Assembly: GCA_051294375.1 (NCBI GenBank)
Contig: CM119264.1
Location: 16,589,245 to 16,653,244 of the forward strand
From: Paraspadella gotoi
Lineage: Eukaryota; Animalia; Chaetognatha
DNA length: 64,000 nucleotides
Reading direction: 5' to 3'
The translations under genes were made by a program, and so were the position numbers. Positions 30,001 through 42,888 of this stretch are shown here, one piece after another; within the stretch, counting starts at the first letter, position 1, and the number at the start of each line of letters is the position of its first letter. Below the pieces are notes generated by a model that made no database searches, had not been told where the DNA came from, and saw only the letters and a list, made by a program, of their open reading frames with translations.

Positions 30001-31977
30001 GCGCTCTAAATACCAGTAGTGGCATCAACACTCCTATTCTCAATCGCTCCACAAGTCCCGGAAAAAACCTTTGCCCTGTAAGTCCCCTTAAAGTACCTAA
30101 GCCCATCAGTCCCCACCAAAATACTTGCTCAATCAGTCCCCACCAAAATACTTGCTCAATCAGTCCCCACAAAGACCTTTGCTCCTATAGTCCCCACAAA
30201 GACCTTTGCTCCTATAGTCCTCACAAAGATCTTTGCTCCTATAGTCCCCACAAAGACCTTTGCTCCTATAGTCCTCACAAAGATCTCCTTTCCATTGGTC
30301 ATCCCAATGACGATTTCGCCGTGAGACACAACGGCGACGTTCTCGCCAATCACGTCGACATCAACGATTTCGAAGAGAAGAGGAAATCACTCGGTCGTCA
30401 TGGCGACGGAGAGAGCGGAAAAGAGAGAGGGAGAGAGAGTGCGAGCGAGGTGACGGACGAAGAGAGAGAAAGAGAATATGAAGATAGAGAGGGAGACAAA
30501 GATTGGGATAGAAATCGCGAGGGAGAGAAAGCGAAAGAGGGAGAGAGTGAAAAAGAGAGAGAGGGAGGCAAAGATCGGGACCGAGATCCAAAGGACGAGA
30601 CGGTGACGGACGGTGAGAGAGAGAGAAAAGCAGAGACAAAGGAAAACTTGGAAAAAGTCATTAACGAGAAAAGATTTCGAGAGATAGAGAAGCGGACTGG
30701 AGTCGGTAACGAGGAGGAAGAAGGAGAGGGTGAAGAAGAGAGGGACGGAGACGAAGATGGAGAGAGAGTCGCGGAGAAAAATGAAAGTAGAGACGGTAAA
30801 ATTAACGTTAATGAAAACGACCGCGTTTTTCATCCAAATGACGATCCTTCTCCGGAAACCAAGTGCTCGCGTTACCTCGAGACCGGCGCCTCGCCACGCC
30901 CACTCGACGCGGATGTGGCGTCGGTGGCGTCGCGGAATCCTAGTCAAACCTTTGTCACCGTCACGCGAAGCTCTACCGTCACGGACATCGTCAAAAAAGT
31001 CAAACGCAAAAAGGCCAAAGACGCGGTAAATGAATGACAATGGCCCTTCCCTATTCCTTGGATGTAACTAATTAAGATAAACGCATCAAAACGAACCTTA
31101 AATTTAAAACTTTCAAACAATTTTGGGTTTGTATATAAAAAGCTTTTTTTTTAAAAAACTCTCTTTCCCATTACCCCCGTTCCCTCGAAATTGACGAAGG
31201 TGAGCGAGCAACGCGCCATCAAGACCGTGGGCCTCGTCATGGGCGTCTTCGTCGGGTGCTGGTTACCCTTTTTCCTGCTCAACTCGGTCTTGCCCTGGGA
31301 TCCCCGATTCTTCCTATGTCTCCGCGGCTTCGACCTCGTCTTCCAGATTCTCACCTGGTTGGGTTGGATCAATTCTCTCTTCAACCCCATGATTTACGCC
31401 TGTAACAAGTAAGGACGAGATTTCGTAATCGGCCATATGAAATTTTGCAGGTTTTCTGCCTCTGCCTTGATCTAGTTTATTTGTCTGTCTGTATGCGCGC
31501 GGATATTAAATTGAAAAAAAAATGAAAATTTATGTGCATAATCGCATAATCATAATCTGTTGAAAAAGGGTGTGCCAGATGCTCTTATTTTTCAAGCCAT
31601 GACTGATGCAAGGTTGCCAAGCGGCTCTTGTTTAAAAGTTTTCGTATTGTTTGTGGAGGGCCGATGCTACAGCGCTGGGTAAAAGCGCTGGGTAAAAAAA
31701 AAATATTTTAATTTCTTTTAATGCCAAATAGACAAAGTCTGCGATTTTAAAATCTTTTCAACTTTAAATTTTTCGCAGATCATTTCGCAAAGCGCTCTTC
31801 CCCACTTGGAATCGTCGCTCGGAAGCCAGAGAGAGAAGGGAAGAATTGGCGGAGAGGTTGAACTGCATCGGGTCGAAGCGACACTCGAACCGCAACAACG
31901 GAGATGGAATCGAAGATGGAATCAGATATGGAATCAGAGATGGAGTTGAAAATGGATTTAAGGATGGAATCGTCTGA
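25385..31977 (+). CDS. Biogenic-amine GPCR, D1-like/invertebrate-type dopamine receptor, ~811 aa
   Basis: Exons 25385-25760, 26438-26612, 28519-28777, 29808-31025, 31200-31408 and 31779-31977 join in frame. Motifs: TM1 GN; TM2 SLAVAD; TM3 Asp (ATDVLLSSASIFNL) followed by DRY; TM5 serines (SSAISFYIP); TM6 CWLPFF..N; TM7 TWLGWINS..NPMIY; helix 8 FRKAL. The WLGW form of TM7 points to the dopamine D1-like/INDR groups. Confidence 0.93.
25899..26109 (-). repeat. Repeat family A copy in GPCR intron 1
   Basis: Matches 22738-22950. Confidence 0.9.
27805..28065 (+). mobile_element. Probable tRNA-derived SINE in GPCR intron 2
   Basis: Head cctatggcgccgga...gagctc...aaaggac..gggttcgcgccctg is shared with 18065. 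A GC-rich body follows. The 3' end is approximate. Confidence 0.55.
30051..30293 (+). repeat. Coding 27-bp minisatellite (9-aa units) in GPCR intracellular loop 3
   Basis: ISPHQNTCS x2, ISPHKDLCS, YSPHKDLCS x3 and YSPHKDLLS (30105-30293), preceded by two degenerate units. Confidence 0.95.
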
Positions 31978-34503
31978 AATTGAAGTTAAAAAGTTTAAAA
32001 CGATTTTCGAGAACGAAATATTTGCAGGACTATTGACTAATGTACTAGGATAAAAAAATAAAACTACAACTGCAAACCCGCAACTACAACAACAACTACA
32101 AAAATCCCCGAGTCAAGAGATATCGGAAAACGAAATCGGCCCAAAAAGAAAAATGACCAAATGTGGAAAACGATCAAGAGGGAAAACTTGAGTGAGAACT
32201 GAGTTGAGTTGAGAGCGAGATGAAAAAGCCCATCAGCGACAGTAAAATATGTGATGATGGAAACATTTGAATAAAAGATGGAATAATTTTAAGATGTAGA
32301 TAGTTTAAATCGCTGACGCTTTATGGTTCATTTACGATTCCCTTCGACACATAAATGGAATGGATGGGAAATTTTTCCACCATCGATTTTTTTCAATGTG
32401 TTAATAAAGATGAAACAAAATATCTAGCCATATCGGAAATAAAACGATTTAGAAACGCCACACATATTTTACCAGGTCAATTGAATCGATAATTATAGTA
32501 AGTACTATCTGCGTTCTGCGATGTCTATTTTTTTGTTTGATTAAATGTTAAGAGTGATAAACCAAATTTTCAAAGAAATAATTGATCTAACCGTATTTTG
32601 TATGTTTAAACCTACCGTCTTCTTCGCCTTATAGTACACATAATCTCGCGTTTCTGTTAGTCAATTTTGATCTTCATGTTCACTATTTTTGCAACTATAC
32701 AGTAACAGTCAAACTTCCTTTGTGCTTTAAATAAAACGAATTCTGTTTAATTGTGATGCTCTTTTGTTGAAAAATTTATGTACAATTAGCACTAATATTA
32801 GGTCCAAATTTAACGATCAACTTTCGTACAAATACGCAGTCAGAGAAGGGATGATATTTTCGCCGGGATCATGCGAACTTGAATAGTCGTCATGACCACG
32901 AGAGCAAACAAACCGAATAAAAAATGTTCGCGTCTTTGATTTTTTAAAATGATTAAAAAACAAAAAAAGCCAAGCAGAAAGCAAAACTACTAGTGTGTTA
33001 GTAGTTTAAATTTAAAAAAAAATTATCTTTTAATTGATATCCGACATCGAAGGAGATGCCATCCGGAAGGCTTTGCGATTTGTTCAAAAACCCAGAGTCT
33101 TTGACCGAGAGGGAACATATTGCCGAGGACAAGCAAGTGAGAAAAAATTCATTTAAATAGTAATAAATTAAAGTACAAAATGTTTTTTTTAATTAACAGT
33201 GAAATATTTAAATTATCTTGATTGTTATTTATTAATTCTCCTCTCTATCTCAGATGGTATTTGTAAATTCGATCGAGCAGCTGTAACAAACATAATTTTT
33301 TGGTAAATAAATGATCAACAGCTAATTCCGTGAATGATTGTCCTGAAGAGGTCAGCGAGGTGACCCCTTTTTGAAAAGAGACAGTTTCTGAGCTTAAGAA
33401 ACGATGGGTTTTTTTTCTTCATCAGAGTTTAAGTTAAATTCAAGCTTCTCTGAAAATTTGAACGACCGAATTACGATAATGGTTTATCTCGATGACGCCT
33501 TCCAGTGTCACGCGACCGGTTTTCACGCTCGGACGTCGACGAAGGCGCGCGAGAGAGGGGTTGACGACGCTGTACGAATGGAATGTCGCCATTTGTTGCG
33601 GACGGCAAAAGAATTAAGCGCCAACCAGAACCAACCGCTACAGGTGTGTAGAGCGATATTGAAATCTATATAATGGTTTTGTTATCACTGTTATTGTTAT
33701 TCATATGTCCGTATGATCTATCTAAAGAGGTAAATAATGTTATGTAATTAATTTTCTCTCCTCTTATTCCTAATGCTTTTTCGAGATATCATCGTTTCTT
33801 ATTTTTCAAAACAACGCTGAAATTTTTACTGTCAACCTTGTTTGATCAGTAAAATAATAGCATTTTACGCTCGGTTGAATGGTTGATCGAATAGCGAGAA
33901 AAAGAGGAAAGCTGAAAATACTGTAAATAGCAACATATTTATGTGTACTATAGTTTTTTTTTTTTAACCACTTTCCTCTTTTTCTCGTAGGCAACGTTTT
34001 CCTAAATTGACGGGGGAAAGAAAAAAACAAAACAAAACAAAACAAAAAGACAAAAAAACAATTGAAACGAGCANNNNNNNNNNTTCCTAAATTGACGGGA
34101 AAAAAAAACGAAATACTTGCCCTCTTTGAAAAAAAACAACAAAAAGACAAAAAACAATTGAAACGAGCAAAAGTGTGACAAATCTATTTTCTTCGATGAG
34201 GGTCTTTGCCCTGACGCCAATCCGATTATTGTGGCGTTGCGCCAGGCTCGAAATCTCTCAATTCGACTTTTCGTTTCAGATTATCCTGCAACCAATTGTT
34301 ACCTCATTTTAATCAGTATATACAAGACTAACATTTACCAACATCTACCAACTCCATCGATCCCTTCCTCGCATTTCTTGAATTCGCTCCAATTCGCCCT
34401 TTTGTCTTCGCTCCAACTCGCTCCTCTATCTCTTCTCCGATTTGCCCCTCCGTCTCTGCTCCACCTTGTCATTTCCCTTCCGCTCCAACTCCCTTTTCCA
34501 CCC

Positions 34504-36030
34504 ATGGGAGCCGGAGTGAGTCATCGCAAAAAAAGCGCGCCGATTCCGTTAGAGCGCAAGCGGCTGCGACGCTCGATCCACGCGGCGCCGTTGTCGGGTG
34601 AAGCGCCGGTAGAATCGACGCCGGAATTAAGTTTCTTCGCCGAATTCGCGTCGCGACAAAATCTGAATGAGGTTCGAGAGTTGAACGAGAGACTCCAATC
34701 CTTTTACGAGGGACAAAATTTAACGCCGGGGGAAGAAAAGGCGCCGCAAGGTGAGGCCACCAAGAAGACGGGTAAAAATTTCGAACAAAAGAACATGGGT
34801 CAGAATCACGAAGTCGTCGTTCATCGCTCAATGAAAAACGACGACGACGACGACGGTGGCGCCCCAAGAGATGCCAGAAATGATTACCGAATTGATGGAA
34901 ATAAACACGACGCCGAGACAGATGGAGGGCGAGATGGCATTGGGGAAAACGAAAGTCAAATGAACGGACGGCGAAAGAAGGAACGTCGAGAGACCGACCA
35001 AGGCGACGCAGACGCCGACTACGACGCCATCTTTGTCTCCAAACAGGTTAAAAATAATAAGCACGGGAAAAAGACTTTTTTGCGCCGCAAAGCGACTTTC
35101 TTGGTGGCGTCGAACCGCCTCGCCTCTTCCGACGACCAAAGGACAGAGAACGGAGAAGAAAGATCGAACGATATTTCTGGATCCCCGGGGAATCGCTCCT
35201 CGGGTGATGAGGGCAACGTCGTCAAAGAACCCGGTGAATTCGGCCCGGACAGTCCCGTCGCGATTCCATCGAAAAAAGCGAGAAAGAAATTAGCGCCGCT
35301 TAAGCGACGCTCGGCGGCAGTAGGCGCATCAGACTTGGTTTCCAGCAGCGCCGCCAGCGGAAGCGAGCGAACCGAATCCGAAAAGGAAGAACGAAAGGCG
35401 CCGGAGACAAATGCGCTTCCCAGAATTGGCTCCATTTCAAGAAAGAATGAGACGATGATGCCTCAACCCAGCCGCCCGGACTCGACTCTGGATTCGACGC
35501 TGAAGCCCAGACCGGCTCGTCCGCCAACGCCGCCCTCTTCGCCGCCGCCGGATTCACCGCCGCCGCCGAATTTTCCGCCGCCAGATTCCCTACAGCGCGC
35601 CCGCAGGCGTCCTCGTTTCGCCTCCCTCGCGGCTTCCGTTCGGGCTGTGCAAGCAACGGCGGTAACCCAGGGCAACGCCGAATTGAATGGCGCCGTCTTG
35701 CCACACGAGGAAACGACATCAACCCCGGCAACCAACGGGGACGCCATCTCGAGAATTCCACGTCATAGATGGCGCAGATTCAACGAAGAGAAATTTCCCG
35801 CCGGGCATCTGCAAGGAAGCGTCGGCGAGGAAGAGGCTAAGACGACGACGGTTTTACCGATTGAGAGAACGATTTCAAAAGCGACGACTAAGCCCACCCC
35901 GGCGCCGAGAATGATTGCGGCGTCGAAAGGCGCCATGAAAGCCGCGACGCGACGCCGGGCTAATCTTATGCGATCGGTCCTGGACGACGCCGGAGCAAAC
36001 TCTTTGCCAAAGATTTTGTCGCCGCTTTGA
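34504..36030 (+). CDS. Intronless 508-aa uncharacterised, probably disordered protein with an N-myristoylation motif
   Basis: Long GC-rich ORF in an AT-rich background. The first ATG (cccATGG) gives MGAGVSHRKK. It has charged and Pro-rich tracts and no recognised domain. Confidence 0.75.
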   Translation: MGAGVSHRKKSAPIPLERKRLRRSIHAAPLSGEAPVESTPELSFFAEFASRQNLNEVRELNERLQSFYEGQNLTPGEEKAPQGEATKKTGKNFEQKNMGQNHEVVVHRSMKNDDDDDGGAPRDARNDYRIDGNKHDAETDGGRDGIGENESQMNGRRKKERRETDQGDADADYDAIFVSKQVKNNKHGKKTFLRRKATFLVASNRLASSDDQRTENGEERSNDISGSPGNRSSGDEGNVVKEPGEFGPDSPVAIPSKKARKKLAPLKRRSAAVGASDLVSSSAASGSERTESEKEERKAPETNALPRIGSISRKNETMMPQPSRPDSTLDSTLKPRPARPPTPPSSPPPDSPPPPNFPPPDSLQRARRRPRFASLAASVRAVQATAVTQGNAELNGAVLPHEETTSTPATNGDAISRIPRHRWRRFNEEKFPAGHLQGSVGEEEAKTTTVLPIERTISKATTKPTPAPRMIAASKGAMKAATRRRANLMRSVLDDAGANSLPKILSPL

Positions 36031-36272
36031 TCGTGGATCGCTTATTTCCGAATCTCGTTTAGTTTCAGATGTTATTAAAAAAAAAACCGAAAAGCGATTT
36101 TGCATATCGCGCTGAGCAAACATCGATATTTTCGATCTTTCTCAAACAAAACCTCAAGCACTGCCATAAAGTATATTTATTCTTCGATAGCACATCACGA
36201 TTTAAACTATATCGTTTTGAAGAAGTTTTGATGGCTATTTAAACTTAGCGAAAAGAGCGTATTAAATTTAAA

Positions 36273-39200
36273 ATGGCATTAAAGTCAAATCAAACTACCT
36301 CCCACTTTGAATGCCCCTTACTCGAGGTGAAATTCCAAAATTCTGCTCGCGCCATCTGTGTGAATCGAGCTAATTGGGTTACGTTTCGTTAGTTTTAAAG
36401 TTTAAAGAAATTAATGACCGTGGTTTTAAATGTTGATATTAGACATTAACCGATTAAAATTCCGTCGCTGACAATACTGAAAAATAAAGCGTAGAGAAAA
36501 AATCTTAGTCTTTAAGTTTAACTATTATAATTAAACTTACATTTTTTGATCATTTGCATATTATACGAAATTGTTTAAAGTTAAATCAGTTTTTGTATCT
36601 TTAATAAAAGCGTGGTCTTGTTTTTTCCTTCTTATCGTTGTGCCGTCTCTCACCAGTCTGCATGCGGTGTAACATGAAATATGGTGATTTGGTAAATAAA
36701 ACACAAATAACAGAAATACTCGATGAATTAAAGAAAGGTTCCATTTGTTTTTTTATTTACTTGTACGGTCATTCAACCAGAAAATCGTTAAAAACATTTG
36801 CATGCTAATTGTGTTTTATCAAGAAAAAAAAATCATTATTTAAGTATTTTGAATATATTGCGTAGTGATCATAAGAAAGAAAGGAAGGAAGGTAGTAAAC
36901 CTTATCAAATCTTAATTTTCAGTGGATGGTTCGCTAGCTTGTATCCTAATCTCTCTCTTGTATCCTAGTCTCTCCAACTCCTCAAATTAACTTCCCATTT
37001 TCCGCCAACAGTTCCAACTTTGGTTGCGGGCCGGAACCAAACCCCCCATCTTCGCAAACAAGGACGAGAAAAACTTCAACTCCTCAGTTTGGCGGAATTT
37101 CAGAAAAGAATTTGGGTTTCAGGTGATAAGGGTTCGTTCACTTCTTTGTGAGGCGAAGAGCATCAGTCCGAATTGTGCGTGTGAATTTCATCCAGTCGCT
37201 TTAAGAAATCGGAAGAGTAAATTCAAAATTTCCGCCAAAAATTTATTTTTTGGGGGGAAAAAGCGCTTGATTAGTTTATAGTAACTTTTTCCTTATCTAA
37301 TTTTAATTTTAATTTTATCCTCTACTGTGAACAAGCTTTGATTTTTCCTTTTAATTGTAATATATATTTCTTCTTCCTTCTTTATAATTACTTCTTCTCT
37401 AAAAAAAAAATTATTATTTTACGAAACGGTGGGTCGGATTATTTGGTTAAAATTTCTGTCAAGTAATCCAGAGATCTTGAGTTAGAAACCTGTCCTTTTG
37501 TTAAACTTAAACTGTCAAGACAGGAAAACTTAAAGATTTTTGGCTCTCCGCGACTAAATTACTCGGTTTTTGGTCTGTCAGTCTATCTTTCTGTTAAGTG
37601 TTAGTGGTTATAATAATAATTAAAATAAGTCAAGAATATAAGATTGTTAGTTACCTGGATGGACTTTTCGAAATGCTTAAATATAATTATGTTATGTAAT
37701 GTAATTATATTTTAGTTGCACTTTTCGTTGTTTTGTCGGTCAGTCGGTTTATTGATCTTTCCTATTTACGTTTTATATGCTTATAAGATGAGTAATACTT
37801 CATCAATTAACCTTAAAAGTGCATAAGTATTAAGTATTATACTTACGAATTCACGTAATCACTTAAAAACACGATCATATGACCAGAAATTCGATGCATT
37901 AAAAGTCATTTTAGTTAATACCTGGCAGACTGGTGAATACGTTTTGTGTGTATTTCACGCTTGTGTAGTCATGTGACCATATGGAAATGCGGTCACGGAA
38001 ATTCAATGCGGCCTAGTTAGTGTAATACTTTACAAATATTTGATCAGCCATAAGACGTTTATTGTGCCCCAGTCCCTAAATAATAATCTTAAAGTTATTG
38101 AAACAAATATCCATGGTATATCCTTTCTTTTCGTTGTTGTATAGAGATTTACAAAGAATTTTGAATTGTTACAACGATTTTATTATTAATAAGTTGCAGA
38201 CATGTTTCGACTCAGAGATTTTCGAGTCTTCATCAGCACTTTTTGAAACAAATAATAAAGGACAGATCTATAATTTTGAAGCTTTTAGATAAAAGTCGAT
38301 TTTCCATTTGATTTTGGAACACTCAAAAAATCATATCTCCTAAACCACTTGACCGATTGTAATAAAGTTTAGACATTAATTTTTTTAAATTTTTTTTATA
38401 TAATTTTTAAAAATGTCTTATATATAAGTTATAGAGCGTCATAAAGTGGCGCGTTTTTTTTGCATACGAGTGTAATTGTGAATTTTATATTTAGGTTCCA
38501 AAAAAGCGAACGACTCACCAGTTGATGGCGGCCATGTATCCCTTGAACATCCCTCCGCCCAGCAAAATCGGGGTTTATACTTACCGCAAGTTCTTGGCCG
38601 AGAGTTCAGTTATCAAAGACCCGACATTCAAAGCCGCCCTCATCGAAAAGGCCGCCAGGATGGGGAGAGACCTCAAGGCCATGGAGCTCCAGTCTCAACT
38701 CAGAAATCCTCCTTTGGACGAAAAAGGTATTGGTATTGGTATTGATATTTTCGACACATAATGCATTGGAATAACGTTTTTTCTTATTCATAGTTTATAT
38801 GAGATTTATTTTAAAAAACAAAGGGCGGCGCTAGTAGTCGCTTTGATTTGAGGTTTTATTCTGTCTTAACAAATGAGCAAAAACTATAGGCGAGTTATAA
38901 GCATTTTTAACTTAAGTGGGACAGACCGACGGACAAACCGCCAAACCGACCGAAAAGTGACTTATAGAGTTGCTCCGCGAGTACTCGCGACGCAACTAAA
39001 ATCTACCGACGAATCAACAATACACGACTCGAATCACGTTACAGTCGTTACACGCCCCCACCCCCCCAACTATCTTCGGTCCAGGTGCCATCATTCCTCC
39101 CCCTACTTTCAAACGCTTCCCGGCTGACTCATTCCCTCCCGCCTCGCTCAAAGAGAAGCTGGCGTTCCTCGAATCGGCGCCTCTTGCCGATGCCGCCCCG

Positions 39201-39369
39201 GTCTCGACGCCGGGCGAAGACGAAGACGGCGACGACGCCGATCCTTTCTCGCTCGGCGCTGGGGGTGTGGTCGGAGCGCCGGGAGAGGGGCATGGGCGTG
39301 GAGATTTTGAAGGATTCCTCGAGAGTGACCAGAATCAAGAATGGAGGTTAAAAATGATGATGATGATGC

Positions 39370-39414
<45 letters not shown>

Positions 39415-39723
39415 CGACGACGACGACTAATATCGTGCTTTTGTTGGACCTGATAAAAAAATGGTTCGAAAAGAGTGATGATTGAGGGTTGAGGATTTAT
39501 GGGAATTTATTGATGATTGACAGTTCATTGTTGATAATGATTATTAATGGTTCAGGAGGGCCTACGAGCGAAGACGGATTGATGCGTCTCCCCTTCGAGT
39601 GACGAAAGAAAGGATCTTACAAAAGAAACCAGGAATCTCAATTAACAGGTCAGTCAATCCTTCTCCCGATCATTCAATCTATAAGCCAATCGGTAAGAGC
39701 AACTGTAGTTTTTGCCGAGCTTT

Positions 39724-39798
<75 letters not shown>

Positions 39799-40756
39799 GG
39801 GTCACGGCAGAACGTCGACCTGACAAAGATGAGAAAGCGAATCGAAGCCGCAGGTAATTTTTCCCGGAGGCGTCGTCACCCCAGGTCGGACGAAACTTAG
39901 GTTGACACTCTTTAAATATTTTTTAATCCTCGATTCCCTTGTTAATTCGCTTCGCGCTAATTGGGTATAATTAGTTTATAAAGGCAACGAAGGGGGACGC
40001 TTTTGAACCCACACGAACCGAAGTAATGAAGGGGGGGGGTAGTGGGGGACTGGGTCGGGTTGCGTCAGCGCGCGAGCTTTAAGCCTCAACGCGGATGTAC
40101 CTTGTATTTTTTTTTTTTTTTTAATTTTTAGATAGTATTTCAGGACTTTTTACTTGATTGAAAGATTAAATTTTATCTTTCAAAATCTGAATCTGAAATC
40201 TGAATATGACCAGTTTTGTTTATGAAACCACTATTTAAATAAAATTATAAGTATTTGCTACCTATAGCAAATCTTCAATAGAAAATCAACTAATATTTGA
40301 AGAAAAAAAAATTTTCACCAGCTGTCTCAAAGTAATATTTTTTTCCATTCAATTAAAGTGTCCTGTTTTGAAAACCTATGACAGTTTTTTTTTTTTTTTT
40401 TTTTTGAATGAGCTTTTAAAAAATCCATTATTGTTGAAACTTAAAAAAAAATGCGTGAGAAAATTCTTGATGTGTTCATAGCCAAAGCAGACTTAATTAA
40501 CTGAATATAAATTTTTCATTTAAGACAGAAGACAAGAACTCTTACTTTATATAAAAAACAATCTTAAGCAAAAGCGCGAGAGCATAAAATTATTTCCTTT
40601 CACAGCACCATTGGCGCAACCTACTCCTTCGAGAATCAGCACAATGTCAACCAAGGGTTTCATCTCCGTCGGAGTCGGCGTCCCTCGTCGGCGTCTCTGC
40701 CGAGAATGCCTCCGGTCTCACTTCCCGGAAAGTTCAAGTCGGTCTTCAACCCCTGA
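36273..40756 (+). CDS. TEX52: TEX52-like (testis-expressed protein 52)
   Basis: Exons 37012-37122 (WLRAG..PP.F....NFNSSVWRNF), 38495-38726 (YPLNIPPPSKIG..TY.KFL...LQSQLRNPPLDEK), 39085-39346 (GAIIPPPTFKRF), 39556-39648 and 40606-40756 (stop) join in phase. Motifs match my recollection of TEX52 (SNVWR, IPPPS, APPLD.QGNI.PP..FK). The first exon from ATG 36273 is tentative. Confidence 0.8.
38195..38240 (-). ncRNA. Minimal type-I hammerhead ribozyme motif
   Basis: The minus strand reads gtg CTGATGA A GACTC gaaaatctct GAGTC GAAA CATG TC tgc. It has the full core, a 5-bp stem II, a palindromic short stem III and a GUC site. Stem I is weak. Confidence 0.7.
38815..39000 (-). mobile_element. Short HINE-like element (second subfamily)
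   Basis: The minus strand begins ttttagttgcgtcgcgagtactcgcggagcaactctataagtcacttttcggtcgg (hairpin, then GTCG/GTCC-type repeats). Homologous to 56920-57095. Confidence 0.7.
39354..39428. repeat. (ATG)n/(ACG)n microsatellite in a TEX52 intron
   Basis: atgatgatg...acgacgacg. Confidence 0.95.
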
Positions 40757-41998
40757 ACAAACAGACTCGAGCCTTTAATCGCCCCAAACATGTACACTGT
40801 TTTAAAGACATTGTAACTAGCGCTTTCAACAAATTTGTATTTTGCCATTTTAAATATATACAGTAATTTTCGTGTGTCCTTTTTTTTTAACTATAAATTC
40901 TCAATATAAAATTCTTTTAACTACCTTTTGAAATTCGTATTGTCGTCAAAAACACAAGTTTGCATCGGAGAACGTCGTATTTCTTGCACCGACCACCTTA
41001 ATTTCATTTAATTTACATTTTATTTTTTTCTTTAATGGAGTTTCCGGCGAATCCTCGTTGGATTTTCGTCTTCGGAGCAACGTGAAATTTTATGGGATTA
41101 TATCCGAAAGTTTTTTTTTTTTTTGATGGCTGCCCCGTCTTTATTTTCTGAATCATCCTGGCTGCAACATAACTGAAACTTAAGATACACCGAATCTAAA
41201 AAACGTGATTTTTTTTTCAGTTTCTCGATCTTCAAAATATTTTGTTTTCGATTCCGAACAGCTTGTCTACGTTTACGTTTAATATTACGGTTTCTACTAC
41301 TCGCTTTATATTTAAGAATTATAACCGCCGTCACAGAGCTCATGAATTGATTTTATACAATGCATAATGCTGAACTTGAGAGCCTAAATTTTCGAGAAAA
41401 AAAAATTTCCTGATCTTCGTCTGGTTAATGGAGACGACTTCCTTGAATCGCGGCAGCGTCAACAATAAAATGAGACCTGTTCGTCTGTTCGTCAATTTCG
41501 TAATTTCATTCTTGAAAAATACTAAGCGTGTGTTTTTACAGAATTGTTAGGCTCGTCAAGGCGCTGCTAAAATTATCGATGATGATGAATAAGGAATCAG
41601 ATCTCAGCCGAATGCTGTAACAACCATGTTACAACTATTTTTCGGATATTTCGTAGTCCATTAGGAACAATTAAAAGAATAGTCCCTCTGTACCCACGAG
41701 GTAGCAAATTGTCCCACTGTACCCTCGGGTCGTTTAAGGGCAGATTGGCGATGCAGTTCAAAGGGAAGGAACTCGAGACCCGAGACAGGTTTCGAGAGAG
41801 ACTCTTCGAATCGCCCAAATCGCGGATCTCTCTCTCTTTCTCCTTCTCTTCACTCGTCTTGTCAACTACCTCTCTCGCACTCTGTGTGTGTCTCTCTCTC
41901 TCTCCTGATTCTCCACTGCTTCTACCTCAACCCGGTCACGACAACTCTGTTTTTTTTTCCTATGCGACAGTCGAACCCCTGTTTTTTTGTTTTTTTTT

Positions 41999-42037
<39 letters not shown>

Positions 42038-42846
42038 GTTTTAATTATTCTCGAGAAAAAATGGAGCGACGCTGCCATCGCACGAGACGCTGTGATTTTT
42101 AATTGACGGTCATCTCTGATTCTGATGATCTCTTCTCTTTCTCCGATCTTAGCTCGAATGGAATGAGAGCAAAACAAAAAAATTCAATATAATTAACCAC
42201 CAACCAGTGCAGAATGATTTCTTCACCTCTACAATTGTTACGAATACAACTACAATTTTAATCATTTAATGAATTTATCGTAAAGAAAAAAGCGCGAGAA
42301 AAAGGGAATCGCCAAAAAATAACTTGATTTTGGGGTCTGAAAAATGAGAAAGAATCTGAACTTTTTAATTCGAGTTTTTTGTTTTCCTTTTTTTTTTTTT
42401 TTGCCTTGGGGGTGTGAATTTTTAGTTTCATATACTCTAATAGAAAATGATAATTGTCTAAAAACAAAGTTTAAAAATTTACGGTTGTTATCTCAATGTC
42501 GTTTGTCGAATGACGAAACGCTTTTCTCTTCGTTCCTATTTACTTTTTCGAGGATCTGGGCTTGCTCGATACTTTTTGTTTGATAAATATGCTATCTTTT
42601 TTAATCAATAGCTCAGATTGTATTATTACATTTCCCTAGTCCCGATGGAGGAGCACTTTTTAAAGATAAAGTCGCAATACTCTTTGGGGAAAGTCAAAGC
42701 CAACTTTGTGAACTCAACTAAGTTTTAACGGAGCCAAAGACACTGAGGACTGAGATCTTTTACTCTCCTGAGTCCACACGTCTTTGAAATGAGAGGCGCC
42801 AAAAATCTTTGGATGAGTCCGGGAGTCCCCCTTTCTTTCTTTTTGC

Positions 42847-42888
<42 letters not shown>

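Noticed and set aside
33040-33643. Exon-like patches with plausible splice sites
   Set aside because: I could not assemble a convincing frame or recognise a product, so they are not reported as a CDS.
33999-34170. Tandem duplication around the 34074 gap
   Set aside because: Probably an unmerged contig overlap.
34660-34710. NEVRELNERLQSFYE resembles the intermediate-filament coil 1A motif
   Set aside because: No rod domain follows it.
42734-42786. Hammerhead-like ctga-ggact...agtcc hairpin
   Set aside because: It lacks the full CUGANGA and GAAA core.
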